Positions 19,670 through 32,500 of a stretch of DNA of 64,000 nt are shown here, piece after piece. How positions within the stretch are numbered: position 1 is the first letter of the stretch; each line of letters begins with the position of its first letter. The notes beneath the pieces are model-generated. The model worked only from the letters and a program-made list of their open reading frames with translations, ran no database searches and was not told the origin of the DNA. The DNA lies in the NCBI GenBank assembly GCA_963737655.1, contig CAVTTN010000002.1, positions 3,648,001 to 3,712,000 on the forward strand. The letters run 5' to 3'. This stretch comes from an uncultured Planctomycetota bacterium. Its GTDB lineage: Bacteria; Planctomycetota; Planctomycetia; Isosphaerales; Isosphaeraceae. The position numbers and the translations under genes are program-made.

Positions 19670-20681
19670 TGATCCCGGCGATCAGCCCGGCCGGCGTCAC
19701 GTCGAATGCGGGGTTATACACATCAATTCCCTCGGGGGCGGTCGCGAGGCCGAACCCCCGGGTGACCTCCTTGGGGTCTCTCTGCTCGATCGGGATCGCC
19801 GAGCCGTCGGGGATGGTCAGGTCGAACGTGCTGGAGGGCGCCGCGACGTAGAACGGGATCCCGTGGGCCCGGGCGAGCAAAGCCACGCCATACGTGCCGA
19901 TCTTGTTCGCCGTGTCCCCGTTGGCCGCGATCCGGTCCGCGCCGACGACGACCAGGCGGACCTTCCCCTCTTTCATGACCTGGGCGGCCATGTTGTCGCA
20001 GATCAACGTCACGGGGACGCCTCGCCTCTGGAGCTCCCAGGCGGTCAGCCGCGAGCCCTGGAGCAACGGCCGGGTCTCGTCGGCGAACACCCGGAACGAC
20101 TTGCCCTGCTCGTGGGCGGCGAAGACGACGGCCAGGGCGGTCCCGTAATCGGCCGTGGCGAGCCCCTCCGGCATTGCAGTGAGTCAGGACCCCCTGCCCC
20201 GGCTCGATCAGCGCGGCCCCGAACGCCCCGATCGCCCGGCACATGGCCTTGTCTTCCTCGGCGATGGCCCGGGCCTCGGTCAGGAGCCGGTCCACCAGGG
20301 CCGGGCCGTCGAGGCCATCGGCCTCCGTCTCGGCCACCCGGTCCATCCGGTCCAGGGCCCAGAAGAGATTCACGGCCGTGGGGCGGCTGGTGCGGAGGTG
20401 AGCCGAGGCCCGGAGGAGCGCCTCGCGGACCCCCGCCCCCGTCTCGCCGCCGGACCTCGCGCCGAGGACCGCCCCGAAGGCCGCGCCGATCCCGATGGCC
20501 GGCGCCCCCGGACCCGGAGGGATCGAATCGCCTCCCAGACCTCATCCACGGTCGTCAGGTCGATCCGGAGGAACTCCGTCGGCAATCGGGTCTGATCGAT
20601 CAGGCGGACGGACCCCGAGGCGGCGTCCCCGGCCCATCCCACGGTCTCCAGGGGGCCGCCTTCGGGCGTCGGGCCGGTCAC
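19596..20681 (-). CDS. mtnA: S-methyl-5-thioribose-1-phosphate isomerase; two frameshifts near 20505 and 20165, both in G runs
   Basis: 'LIDQTRLP', 'VRG(APAIG)', 'VNLFWAL', 'LTHCNAG', '[17 protein letters not shown]', 'ANKIGTY' and 'NPAFDVTP', spread over three frames. GTG start overlaps the upstream TGA. Confidence 0.9.
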
Positions 20682-20977
20682 AGGTCCTCGTCCCCTTCGT
20701 CCTCGTCGTCGCTCTCCTCGGGGTCGATCCACGAATAGAACTCGGCGTAGATCTCCCAGATGTTCTTCATCGCATGCTTCAGGTCGCCCGGCTTCAGCGG
20801 GCCGTGGCCGGGGGCATATCCGGCCACCTGCGCGGCGATCTTCAGAAGGTCGAGGTTCTGGCCCCTCATCCGCAGGAAGATTCGGCTCTGGGTATCCAGC
20901 TCCATCTCCAACGCCTCGTCGCCGTCCGGCGTGTGTTCGTGCTCGTGTTCGTGTTCGTGGCCAGCTTCGTCGATCAT
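20678..20977 (-). CDS. Small acidic hypothetical protein with an N-terminal (HE)n tract
   Basis: MIDEAGHEHEHEHEHTPDG...; GAGG RBS; GTGA overlap with mtnA. Confidence 0.65.
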   Translation of the reverse strand: MIDEAGHEHEHEHEHTPDGDEALEMELDTQSRIFLRMRGQNLDLLKIAAQVAGYAPGHGPLKPGDLKHAMKNIWEIYAEFYSWIDPEESDDEDEGDEDL

Positions 20978-21033
20978 GGGATTCCTCGGACAGGAGAGGG
21001 GAATTCGAGCGGTCTTCAAGTCGTCGTGATGGG

Positions 21034-22133
21034 TCAGAGCGAGGCCAGGGGCAGGCCGAACGTGGAGGCCACGGCGCGGTTGGTGACGCGGCCCCGGTCG
21101 ATATTCACGCCGTCGGCCACGCCCGGGTTGGACGCGGCCACCTCGCGCCACCCGGCCCGGGCGAACTGGAGGACGTAGGGCAGCGTCACGTTGCAGAGAG
21201 CATAGGTGCTGGTGCGGCCGACGGCGCCCGGCATGTTGGTCACGCAGTAGTGAACGACGCCGTCCACGAGATAGGTCGGATGGCGATGGGTCGTCGGCCG
21301 GCTCGTCTCGACGCACCCGCCCTGGTCGATCGCCACGTCCACGATCACCGCGCCGGGCTTCATCCGGGACAGGTCCTCGCGGCGGACGAGCCGAGGGGCC
21401 CGGCCCCGGTGATCAGGATCGCGCCGATGACCAGGTCGGCCCTCTCCACCGACTCGCGAATCGTGTGGCGGTCGGAATAGAGGGTCGTCACGTTCGGCGG
21501 CATGATGTCGTCGAGGTAGCGGAGGCGGTCGAGGTTGATGTCGAGGATGCGGACGTTGGCGCCGAGGCCGGCGGCGACCCTCGCGGCGTTGGTGCCGACG
21601 ATCCCCCCGCCCAGGATCGCGACCTCGGCCGGGGCCACGCCCGGGACGCCCGCGAGCAAGATCCCCCGGCCTTCCTGGGGCCGTTCGAGATACTTGGCCC
21701 CTTCCTGGATGCTCATCCGGCCGGCGACCTCGCTCATGGGCGTCAGCAACGGCAGGCCGCCCCGGGCGTCGCGGATGGTCTCATACGCGATCGCGGTGAT
21801 CCCGCTGCGGATCACGGCGTCGGTCAGGGCCTCGTCGGCGGCGAAGTGGAAGTAGGTGAAGAGGACCTGGCCCTCCCGCATCCGGGGCCATTCGTCCTCC
21901 TGGGGCTCCTTGACCTTGACGATCAGGTCGGCCCTCTTCCAGATCTCGGCGGCGTCGGCCACGATCTCGGCGCCGGCGGCCTCGTACAGCGAGTCCGGGA
22001 TGCCGCTGCCCAGGCCCGCCCCGGCCTCGACCAGGGCTGTGTGGCCCGAGGAGGAAAGCTCCTCCGCGCCGACGGGCAGCATGGCGACCCGATACTCGTC
22101 CGACTTCACCTCTTTCGGCACACCGACAATCAT
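21034..22133 (-). CDS. ald: Alanine dehydrogenase; frameshift near 21402
   Basis: 'MIVGVPKEVK', 'VKVKEP', 'PMSEVAGR', 'GGGIVG', then 'VDVAIDQGGCVETS' and 'NMPGAV' in the next frame. Confidence 0.92.
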
Positions 22134-22373
22134 CGCGGCCTCTCCTCGGGCTCTGGCGTCTTCCGGCCGGGGAGGGCTCGGACGCACCCATTCGACCAAT
22201 TCATTACGGATTTGGCAAGGGACGCGGCGCCGTGCCCTCCGCGACCCGCGAACGGATGCGATCATGTAGAAAATCGGAGAAGTCGAAATTTTTTCCTTTG
22301 CATCGCGCCGCAAATCGGCGAAATAGATGACCTGCTGGTCGATGAGGACGCCCAGAGGCAGGAAAGGTTCATC

Positions 22374-23360
22374 ATGCGTCCACCCCGGCGCCGAGAGGCC
22401 GCCGTCACCGCCCGCCGACTCGACGACCGGATCGCGATCGACGCGCCCGAGTACTCCGCCGCGATCCGCACCCGGGGGTACGTCTCGGGGGTGGCTGAGG
22501 GGTCATTCCTCGACAGGAAGACCGGGGCCCGCGACCTCGGCTTCGGCCTGGACATCGCCGATTTCCTCCTCGAACCGGCCGACCCCGACGCGCCCATCCC
22601 GCCCGGCCAGTACGACTTCGGCAAGGACAACCCGGTCCACGGCAACCTGGCCAAGCGGTACGTGGAAGGCCCGCAGATCTGCACCCAGGCGAAACGCCTG
22701 GAACCGACCGTGATCGAAGGAGACGGGTTCGTCGCGGTCCGCCAATCCTTCAGCTGGAACGTCGCCTACGCCCCTCGCGACCACGCCGGATCGACCTGGG
22801 AACAACTGCTGATCTTCCCGGCCGAGGGACGATTCTTCCTGGCGAGCGACCGCGTGACCGTCGCCAACGCCTCGCCGGCCCTGTTCCTCCGGGTCGATCT
22901 GCCGGGCCACATCAAGCATCGTCGCGGGGCGGGCTTCGAGCACCTGTACCTGAGCTACAACGACCCGCCGGTGATCCCCTCCACCGAGTTCGCCGACGAC
23001 TTCCCGCCCGACGCCCGGTTCCTCTACCGCCGAGGCAAGGACCCGAAGCCCGAGCGATTCATCCGCGCCTACCAGACCGACCTCGGCCCGGAAAAAGGGG
23101 ACGGCCCCTGGCTCGCCGGGATGACCCTCAATCCCGACGACGTGTATCAAGCCTGGTGCCACCAGAGGGGTTACGTCTGCCTGATCGAAGAGATCGGCGG
23201 CCGGGCCGTGAAGCCGGGCGACAGCTTCGGCGCCGCCTACCTGATCGGCTGGTTCGACGACCGCGCCGCGATGGAGGCGGCCTACGACCGGTTTCGGGGC
23301 GTTCATCGCTGGGAACTCGACGGCCCCGCCGATCGACCCTCGGGATTCCGAGGAACTTGA
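22374..23360 (+). CDS. Conserved hypothetical protein (beta-rich, possibly carbohydrate-active fold)
   Basis: GC3-rich, protein-like 3' part of ORF 21465..23360; GGAAAGG upstream of ATG 22374. Confidence 0.65.
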   Translation: MRPPRRREAAVTARRLDDRIAIDAPEYSAAIRTRGYVSGVAEGSFLDRKTGARDLGFGLDIADFLLEPADPDAPIPPGQYDFGKDNPVHGNLAKRYVEGPQICTQAKRLEPTVIEGDGFVAVRQSFSWNVAYAPRDHAGSTWEQLLIFPAEGRFFLASDRVTVANASPALFLRVDLPGHIKHRRGAGFEHLYLSYNDPPVIPSTEFADDFPPDARFLYRRGKDPKPERFIRAYQTDLGPEKGDGPWLAGMTLNPDDVYQAWCHQRGYVCLIEEIGGRAVKPGDSFGAAYLIGWFDDRAAMEAAYDRFRGVHRWELDGPADRPSGFRGT

Positions 23361-23517
23361 ATGATTGGGGATTGCAGATGGGATGCGAGAATGGGATAAA
23401 ATAGGTGACTTGGGTTGACAGGGTTATCGGCGCGGGTAGGTTTGCGATGGTCGTACTTCCTCCGAGCCGAGGAAGCCCGCTCTCTTCTTTGCCCCTCTCC
23501 CACGAAGGCGTGACCTC

Positions 23518-26500
23518 ATGAGACCTCGTCCCAAGACGTCTCGGCCGACCCGGAGCGTCGGACGGCGGACCATGTTCCTGGAGTCCCTGGAGTCCCGGAC
23601 GCTGCTGGCCGGGCCGGTCATCACGTTGATCCTCACCAATTCGAATGTGGACGAGAAGGGCGGGACGGCCCAGTTGTACGCGGCGGCGTCCACGACCTCG
23701 ACCAGCGACACCATCATCACCCTGGCGATCTCCGGCACGGCAAACCGAGGCAGCCAGTACACGATCGACGACACGAAGCTGACGATCCCGGCGAATACCA
23801 GCTTCAGCAACACGGCGAACATCGCCGGCGTGGACGACATGACGTTCGATCCCAACGCCACGGTGATCTTCAAGGTTGCCGGGATCAATTCGACGGATGG
23901 TGCGACCTGGGACGGCAACAGCCAGACCGCGACGATCGTGAACCAGGACCCCCAGCCGACGGTCGGCCTCACGACCTCGGCGACGAGCTTCTCGGAGGCC
24001 GGTGGGGTCGCGACGATCACGGCGACGCTCTCGGCCGCCTCGGGCTACGCGACGACCGTGAACCTGGCCTACTCGGGCCAGGCGCAGCAAGGCCAGGACT
24101 ACTCGGTTTCTCCGGCCGGCCCGATCACGATCCCCATCGGCCAGACGGTGGCCACAACGACCCTGACGGGCCTGGACGACAACAAGTACGGGACGGACAA
24201 GGCCTTCTCGGTCTCGATCGCCTCGGCCACCAACGCCACCCCGGCCGGCGCCGCGCTGTCGGAGACCGTGACCGAGGCCGACCCGATGCCGACCGTCACC
24301 CTGACCTCCAACCCCTCGTCGTTCAACGAGAGCGGCGGGTCGGCCAAGGTGACCGTTGCGCTCTCCGCGGCGTCCTCGCTGGCGACGACCGTCAATCTCA
24401 GCTTCGCCGGGACGGCCGTCCAGGGGACCAACTACACCGTCAACACGCAGAGCGTCACCATCCCCGCCGGCCAGGTCTCCCAGCCCGTGACGATCACGGG
24501 CCGGGACGACAACGCCATCACCGGCCCCCTGAGCTTGACCGTCACGGCCAGCAGTGCCACCAACGCCTCGATCGCCAACGGCCCCGCCGTGACGCTGACC
24601 GAGAACGACACGACCCAGCCGCCCGGGATCTCGGCGGCCGACACGACCGTCACCGACACCACGCCCGACGCCACCTTCGTCGTCAGGCTCGACCGCGCCG
24701 TGAATTCCTCGACGTCGGTCGATTATTTCACGCAGAGCGGGACCGGCACGAACGGCGCGATCGACGGCGTCGATTTCAAGGGCGTGAGCGGGACGCTCAC
24801 GTTCGCGCCCGGCCAGACGGCCCTGACCGTCGCCGTGCCGATCCTCGACGACAAGTCCTACAAGCCGACGAAGTCCTTCACCCTCAACCTGATCAACCCG
24901 GTCCACGGGGTCGTGACCGACCCCCAGGCCACCGGGACGATCCTCAACACGGCGACCCCGCCGGCCGTCTCGGTCGGCGACGGCTCGGCCGTCGAGGGGA
25001 ACTCGGGCACCACCCCGCTCACGGTCACCATCTCGCTCTCGGCGCCGAGCGAGATCGCCGCGACCGTGAACCTCTCGACGGCCGACAATACGGCGGTCGC
25101 GGGGGTCGATTACATCGCCTACAACGGGTCGGTGACGTTCAATCCGGGCCAGGTCACCCAGACGGTCACCCTCCAGGTCATCGGCAACACCAAGCCCCAG
25201 CCCGACCGCACGTTCTTCCTGAACGCCACCTCCTCCACGAACGCGTCGATCGCCAAGTCTCAAGGCGTCGAGACGATCCACGACGACGACCCGGCCGTCG
25301 GCGTGTCGATCTCCAACGCGACGGTCGCCGCCGGCTCGTCCCCGACGACGGCCACCTTCACCGTGACGCTGGCCCAGGCCAGCGGCCAGACCGCCTCGGT
25401 CAACTACGCCACCGGCGACGGCACCGCCAAGGCCGGCACCGACTACACCGCCACCAGCGGGACGCTGACCTTCGCCCCCAACGTGACGTCGCAGACGATC
25501 ACCGTGCCGATCTCCGCGACGAGCGTCCCCGGGCCGACGAAGCAGTTCTCCGTGACGCTCTCGATGCCGGTGAACACGACGATCTCCAATTCGCAGGGCA
25601 CCGGCACGATCACCAACTCGATCGCCGCCCCGTTCCTCTCGATCGGCGACGTGACCGTGGCCGGCAGCGCCACGCAGTCCACCAACGCCACGTTCAACGT
25701 CATCCTCTCGGCCCCGAGCGGCCAGACCGTCACCGTCAACTACAACACGGCGAACGTGACGGCGCTGGCCGGGACCGATTACGGCGCCGTCTCGGGCCAG
25801 CTCGCGTTCGCCCCGGGCCAGACCGTCCTGCCGATCACCGTGCCGATCCTGCCCAACACCGCGATCGAGCCCTCGCTCGTCTTCAGCGTGAACCTCAGCG
25901 GTGCGACCAACGCGACGATCAGCGACACCCAGGCCCTGGGGACGATCCTCCCCCGGAACATCCCGTACAACGTCACGATCAACGACGTGAGCACCCCTCA
26001 CGGCCCGGCCGGCGCGATGCCCGACGCCACGTTCACCGTGACGCTCTCCTCGGTCGCCTCCCAGCCGGTCACCGTCCAGTACATGACCGCCGACGGCTCC
26101 GCGATCGCCGGGCAGGACTACATCGCCACCCAGGGAAGCGTCACCTTCCAGCCCGGCCAGACCAGCCTGCCGGTCTCCGTCCCCCTGATCGGCACGAACC
26201 TCGACGAGCCGGTCAAGACGTTCTCCTTGATGCTCACGGGAGTGACCAGCAACGCCACGATCGCAATCCCCAAGGGCACCGGCACGATCCTCAACGACTC
26301 GACCACGCCCGACCTGTCGGTCAATAGCGTCGGCGTGGTCGATTCCACGCCTTCCGCGATCTTCACCATCACCCTCTCGTCGCCCAGCGCGAAGACGGTC
26401 ACGGTGAACTACTCGACGACGGACGGCTCGGCGGTGGCCGGTCAGGATTACACCGCGACCTCCGGCACCCTGAGCTTCGCCCCGGGCGAGACGGCGAAAC

Positions 26501-29500
26501 AGGTCAGCGTCCCCCTGATCAAAGATCCTCAGTACACGACGACCGCCCGGACCTTCACGCTCAACCTGACGAACCCCCTGAACTCCACGATCCTCTCCGG
26601 GACCGGCACGGCCTCGATCACGAGCACCGCGGCCGAGCCCTCGGTCACGATCGACGACTTCAGCCGGACCAAGAGCACGTCGGGCACCGTCCTCGCCTCG
26701 ACGGTCGTCCACCTGAGCGCCCCGAGCGCCGTGACCACGACCGTCTTCTATTCGACGTCCGACATCACCGCGATCGCCGGCACGGATTACGTCCAGACGA
26801 TGGGTTCGGTCACGTTCGCGCCCGGCCAGACCGCCGCGATCATCAACGTCCCGATCCTCGGCTCGACCACGCCCGAGGGGACGCGGACGTTCGCCGTGAA
26901 CCTCGTGATGGCCACGAACGCCACCATCGCCGACGCCCAGGCCATCGGCACGATCCTCGATCCGAACGCGCCGGCCGGGATCATCTCCGACAATCCCACG
27001 ATCACCCAGGCCGCGACCCCCCAGCCGATCACGTTCACGATCCACCTGGCCGAGGCCAGCGCCCTGCCGATCACCGTGAACTACGCGACGGCCAACCTCA
27101 CCGCTCAGGCGGGGACCGACTATCTCCAGACCAGCGGCGTCCTGACGTTCAACCCGGGCGAGACGGTCAAGACCGTCCAGGTCGAGGTGCTCGGCTCCAG
27201 CGTCCCCCAGCCCGCCAAGCAGTTCGCCCTGGTCCTGTCGAACCCCGTGAACTCGACGATCGAGACGACCCAGGGGATCGGCACGATCCTCAACGGCATC
27301 GCCAACCCGGCGATCTCGATCGACGACGTGAAGGTCGAGCAGTCGGCGACGGCCACCGTCAACGCGATGTTCCACGTCACGCTCTCCAACGCGAGCACCC
27401 TGCCGATCACGGTCGGATATTCGACCCGGGACGGCGACGCGATCGCCGGGACCGACTACCAGTCCACCTCGGGCACGATCACCTTCAACCCGGGCCAGAC
27501 GGTCCAGACGATCTCGGTCCCGGTCCTGCCCAACATCAACCCGCAGATCACCAAGACCTTCCTGGTCGTCCTGAACGCCCCGACGAACGCGACGATCGCC
27601 GACACCATGGCGACCGGGACGATCGTCAACGACAACCTCGCCCGGTCCCTCACCGTCGATGACGTCCAGGTCGCCAACGGCCCGGCCGGGACGCAGACCT
27701 CGGCCACGTTCACGGTCGTCCTCTCGTCGCCGTCGGCCCAGCCGGTCACGGTCCAGTTCGCGACGGCCGACGGCACCGCCAAGGCCGGGACCGATTACCT
27801 GGCCGTCGGCGGCCTGCTCACGTTCAACCCCGGACAGACCTCGATGACGGTGACGGTGCCGGTCCTCGGCTCGTCGCAGAACAAGGCGAACCTCTCGTTC
27901 ACCCTGAACCTCTCGGCGCCTCAGAACGCGACGCTCTCGCGGACCTCGGCCACCGGCACGATCGTCAGCGGGGTGACCGTCCCGCAGCTCTCCGTCGTGG
28001 GGACGACGGTCGAGGACGTGAGCCCGGCCGCCACGTTCGTCATCAGCCTCGCCGCGCCCAGCGGCCAGACGATCACCGTGAACTATTCGACGTTCGACGG
28101 CACCGCGGTGGCGGGCAAGGACTACACCGCCACCACCGGGACGCTCACGTTCAACCCCGGCGACACGAGCAAGACGGTCTCGGTGCCGGTCCTCCGCGAA
28201 TCGACCTACGGGCCGCCGACCCGCTCGTTCACGCTCGTCCTGAGCAACCCGATCAACGCCGCGATCTTCTCCGGGACCGGGACCGGGACGATCCTCGACA
28301 CCGTGACGCCCCCGACGGTCACCATCGACAATTTCAGCGTGACCGAAGGCAACTCGGGCCAGACGCTGGCGACCACCACGGTCCACCTCTCGGCGGCCAG
28401 CCAGCTCGCGGCGACGGTCTCCTACTCGACGGCCGACGTCTCGGCCATCGCCGGGACCGATTACGTCGCCACGGCGGGACTCGTCACGTTCGCGCCGGGC
28501 CAGACGTCGGCCACGATCTCGATTCCGATCATCGGCAACACGATCCCCCAGCCGAACCGGACGTTCGTCGTCAACCTGACCAATCCCACGGGCTCGACCC
28601 TGGGCAACTCGCAGGCGGTCGGCACCATCGTCGATGACGACCCGGCCTCCGGTCTCTTCGCCGACAACATCTCGGTCCAGCAATCGACCACGCCCACCAC
28701 CGCCACGTTCACGATCAAGCTCGCCCAGGCCAGCGGCTTCCCGATCAGCGTCCAGTACGCCACGGCCAACGGCACGGCGATCGCCGGGACCGATTACCTC
28801 CCGACCCAGGGCACGCTCACGTTCGCCCCCGGCGAGACGAGCAAGACCGTCACCGTGAACGTCCTGGCGGCCACCGTCCCCAAGTCGCCGACGACCTTCT
28901 CGCTCCTGCTCACGAACCCGGTCAACACCACGATCACCACGCCGACGGTCACCGCCACGATCGTCAACGTCGTGACCAATCCGAGCCTCGCCATCGCGCC
29001 GGTTTCGGTGGATGCTCCGACGACCGGCACGGCGATCGCGCTCTTCAACGTCACCCTGTCGGCCCCCAGCGGCCAGACGGTGACGGTCAACTACCAGACC
29101 AGCAACGGCACCGCCTTCGCCGGCACCGACTACGTCGCCGCCCAGGGCACGCTCACGTTCGCCCCGGGGCAGACCATCCAGCAGATCCCGGTGACCGTCA
29201 ACGGCACCATGCAGCTCCTGCCCAATCGCACCTTCACCGTCACCCTCTCGGGCGCCTCCGACGCCACCATCGGCACCGCCTCGGCCACCGGAACCATCGT
29301 CAACAGCAACCTGCCCCACGTCGCCACCGTCTCCGACGCCTCCGCCTCCACCCCGCCCGTCGGCACCACCGCCAACGAGGCGTTCACCGTCACCCTCTCC
29401 AACGCCAGCGATCTGACCGTCACGCTGCAATATGCCACGGCCGACATCACGGCCAAGGCGGGCGTCGACTACGTCAACACCACCGGCTCGCTGACGTTCG

Positions 29501-32500
29501 CCCCGGGTCAGACGACCCAGACGATCAACGTGCCGATCCTCGGCCAGTCGGTGAACAAGCCCAACCTCACCTTCGCCCTGAATCTGACCTCCCCGCAGAA
29601 CGCGACGATCGGCCGGGCCCAGGGCATCGGCACCATCGTGAGCAGCGTGGCCGAGCCGTCGGCGACGATCGCCGGCTCGAACGTCGATGACACCGCCACG
29701 TCGGCCCCCTTCACCGTCACCCTGTCGGCCGCGAGTGGCCAGACGATCACGATCAACTACACGACCCAGGACGGCACCGCCGTCGCCGGGACCAACTACA
29801 CGGCCGCTTCCGGGACGCTGACCTTCGCGCCGGGGTCACGAGCCAGACCGTCAACGTCCCGATCATGAAGGACACCCTGTACGGGCCGCCGACCAAGACG
29901 TTCACCGTGGTGCTCTCGAACCCGACGAACGCCACGATCCAGACCCCCTCCGCCACCGTCACCATCAACAACACCGTGCCCGCGCCGACGGTCTCGATCG
30001 CCGACTTCAGCAAGACCGAGGGCAACTCGGGGACGTCTCTGGCGACGACCACCATCACTCTCTCGGCCGCCAGCAACGTCCCGGCCACCGTCAGCTACAC
30101 CACGGCCGACATCTCCGCCGTCGCGGGCGTCGATTACGTGTCCACGAGTGGGACCGTCACCTTCGCCCCGGGCCAGACCTCGGCGACGATCTCGATCCCG
30201 ATCATCGGCAACACCACCCCGCAGGCCAACCGCACCTTCGCCGTGAACCTGAGCGCTCCGACCGGCGCGACCATCGGCAAGGGCCAGGCCATCGGCACCA
30301 TCGTCGATGACGATGCCCCCGTGGGCCTGTCGGCCGACAACATCTCGGCCAATCAGACGACCACGCCGACCACCGCGACGTTCACCATCGTCCTGACCGA
30401 GGCCAGCGGCCTGCCGGTGAGCGTCCAGTACGCCACGGCCAACGGCACGGCGATCGCCGGGACCGATTACCTCTCGACCCAGGGCACCCTCACCTTCGCC
30501 CCCGGCGAGACGAGCAAGACCGTCACGGTCACCATCGAACCCGCCACGGTGGCCAAGGCGCCGACGACCTTCTCGCTCCTGCTCACGAACCCGGTCAACA
30601 CCACGATCACCACGCCGACGGTCACCGCCACCATCCAGAACACGGTGACCGCCCCGAGCCTGGCCATCGCCCCGGTGATGGTCGAGGCGCCCACGACGGG
30701 GACCGCCACGGCCCTGTTCAATGTCACCCTGTCGGCCCCCAGCGGCGAGACCGTCACGGTCAACTATCAGACCAGCAACGGAACGGCGACGGCAGGCACG
30801 GACTACGTCGCCGCCCAGGGGACCCTCACCTTCGCCCCGGGGCAGACCGTCCAGCAGATCCCGGTGACCGTCAACGGCACCATGCAGCTCCTGCCCAATC
30901 GCACCTTCACCGTCACCCTCTCGGGCGCCTCCGACGCCACCATCGGCACCGCCTCGGCCACCGGAACCATCGTCAACAGCAACCTGCCCCACGTCGCCAC
31001 CGTCTCCGACGCCTCCGCCTCCACCCCGCCCGTCGGCACCACCGCCAACGAGGCGTTCACCGTCACCCTCTCCAACGCCAGCGATCTGACCGTCACGCTG
31101 CAATATGCCACGGCCGACATCACGGCCAAGGCGGGCGTCGATTATGTGAATACGACTGGATCGCTGACGTTCGCCCCGGGTCAGACGACCCAGACGATCA
31201 ACGTGCCGATCCTCGGCCAGTCGGTGAACAAGCCCAACCTCACCTTCGCCCTGAATCTGACCTCCCCGCAGAACGCGACGATCGGCCGGGCCCAGGGCAT
31301 CGGCACCATCGTGAGCAGCGTGGCCGAGCCGTCGGCGACGATCACCGGGACGACGGTGAATGACACCGCGATGACCGCGCCGTTCACCGTCACTTTGTCG
31401 GCGGCGAGCGGCCAGACGATCACGATCAGCTACGCCACCCAGGACGGCACGGCCATCGCCGGGACCGATTACACCGCCACGTCGGGCACGCTCACCTTCG
31501 CTCCCGGAGTGACCTCTCAGACCGTCAACGTGCCGATCTCGAAGGACACCGCCTTCGGGCCGCCGAGCAAGACGTTCACCGTCGTGCTCTCCAACCCGAT
31601 GAACGCGACGATCCAGACCGCCTCGGCCACCGCGACCATCAACAACACCGTGCCCGCTCCCACGGTCTCGATCGCCGACTTCAGCAAGACCGAAGGCAAC
31701 TCGGGAACGTCTCTGGCGACGACAACGATCACGCTGTCGGCCCCCAGCAACGTCCCGGCGACGGTGAGCTACGCCACCAGCGACATCTCGGCGATGGCGG
31801 GCGTGGATTACGTCGCGACGACCGGCACCGTCACCTTCGCCCCGGGCCAGACCTCGGCGACGATCTCGATCCCGATCATCGGCAACACGACGCCTCAGGC
31901 CAACCGCACCTTCGCCGTCAACCTGAGCGCGCCGACCGGCGCGACCATCGGCAAGGGCCAGGCCATCGGCACCATCGTCGATGACGACGCGGCCCCGGGC
32001 CTCTCGGTCGGCGACATCACGGTGACGAGGACCACCGCCCCGACGACCGCCAGCTTCACCGTGATGCTCTCCGAGGCCAGCGGCCTGCCGATCACCGTCC
32101 AGTATCAGACCTCGAACGGCTCGGCGACCGCGGGCGTCGATTACTCGGCCGTCCAGGGCACCCTAACCTTCGCCCCCGGCGTGACCCAGCAGACGGTGAC
32201 CGTGCCGATCCTCGGCGCGACCGTCCCACAGGCCCCGGTCACGTTCACCCTGGCCCTGTCGAACGCCTCGAACGCGACGATCACCACGAGCCAGGCCACC
32301 GCGACGATCCAGACCAACATCCCCCTGCCCTCGCTGACCGCCAGCGACGTGACCGTCACGGAAACCATGACGAGCACGGTCCAGGCCGTGTTCAACGTCA
32401 CGCTGTCGGCCCCGAGCGGAGTCCCGATCACGGTCCAGTACCAGACCGCGAACGGCACCGCGCTCGCCAATCAGGATTATTTGCCGACGCAAGGCACGCT

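Noticed and set aside
29820..29870. Programmed frameshift or phase variation splitting the giant adhesin
   Set aside because: Only a 4-G run is present, the equivalent repeat copy is in frame, and similar indels occur throughout the window. Assembly error is more likely.
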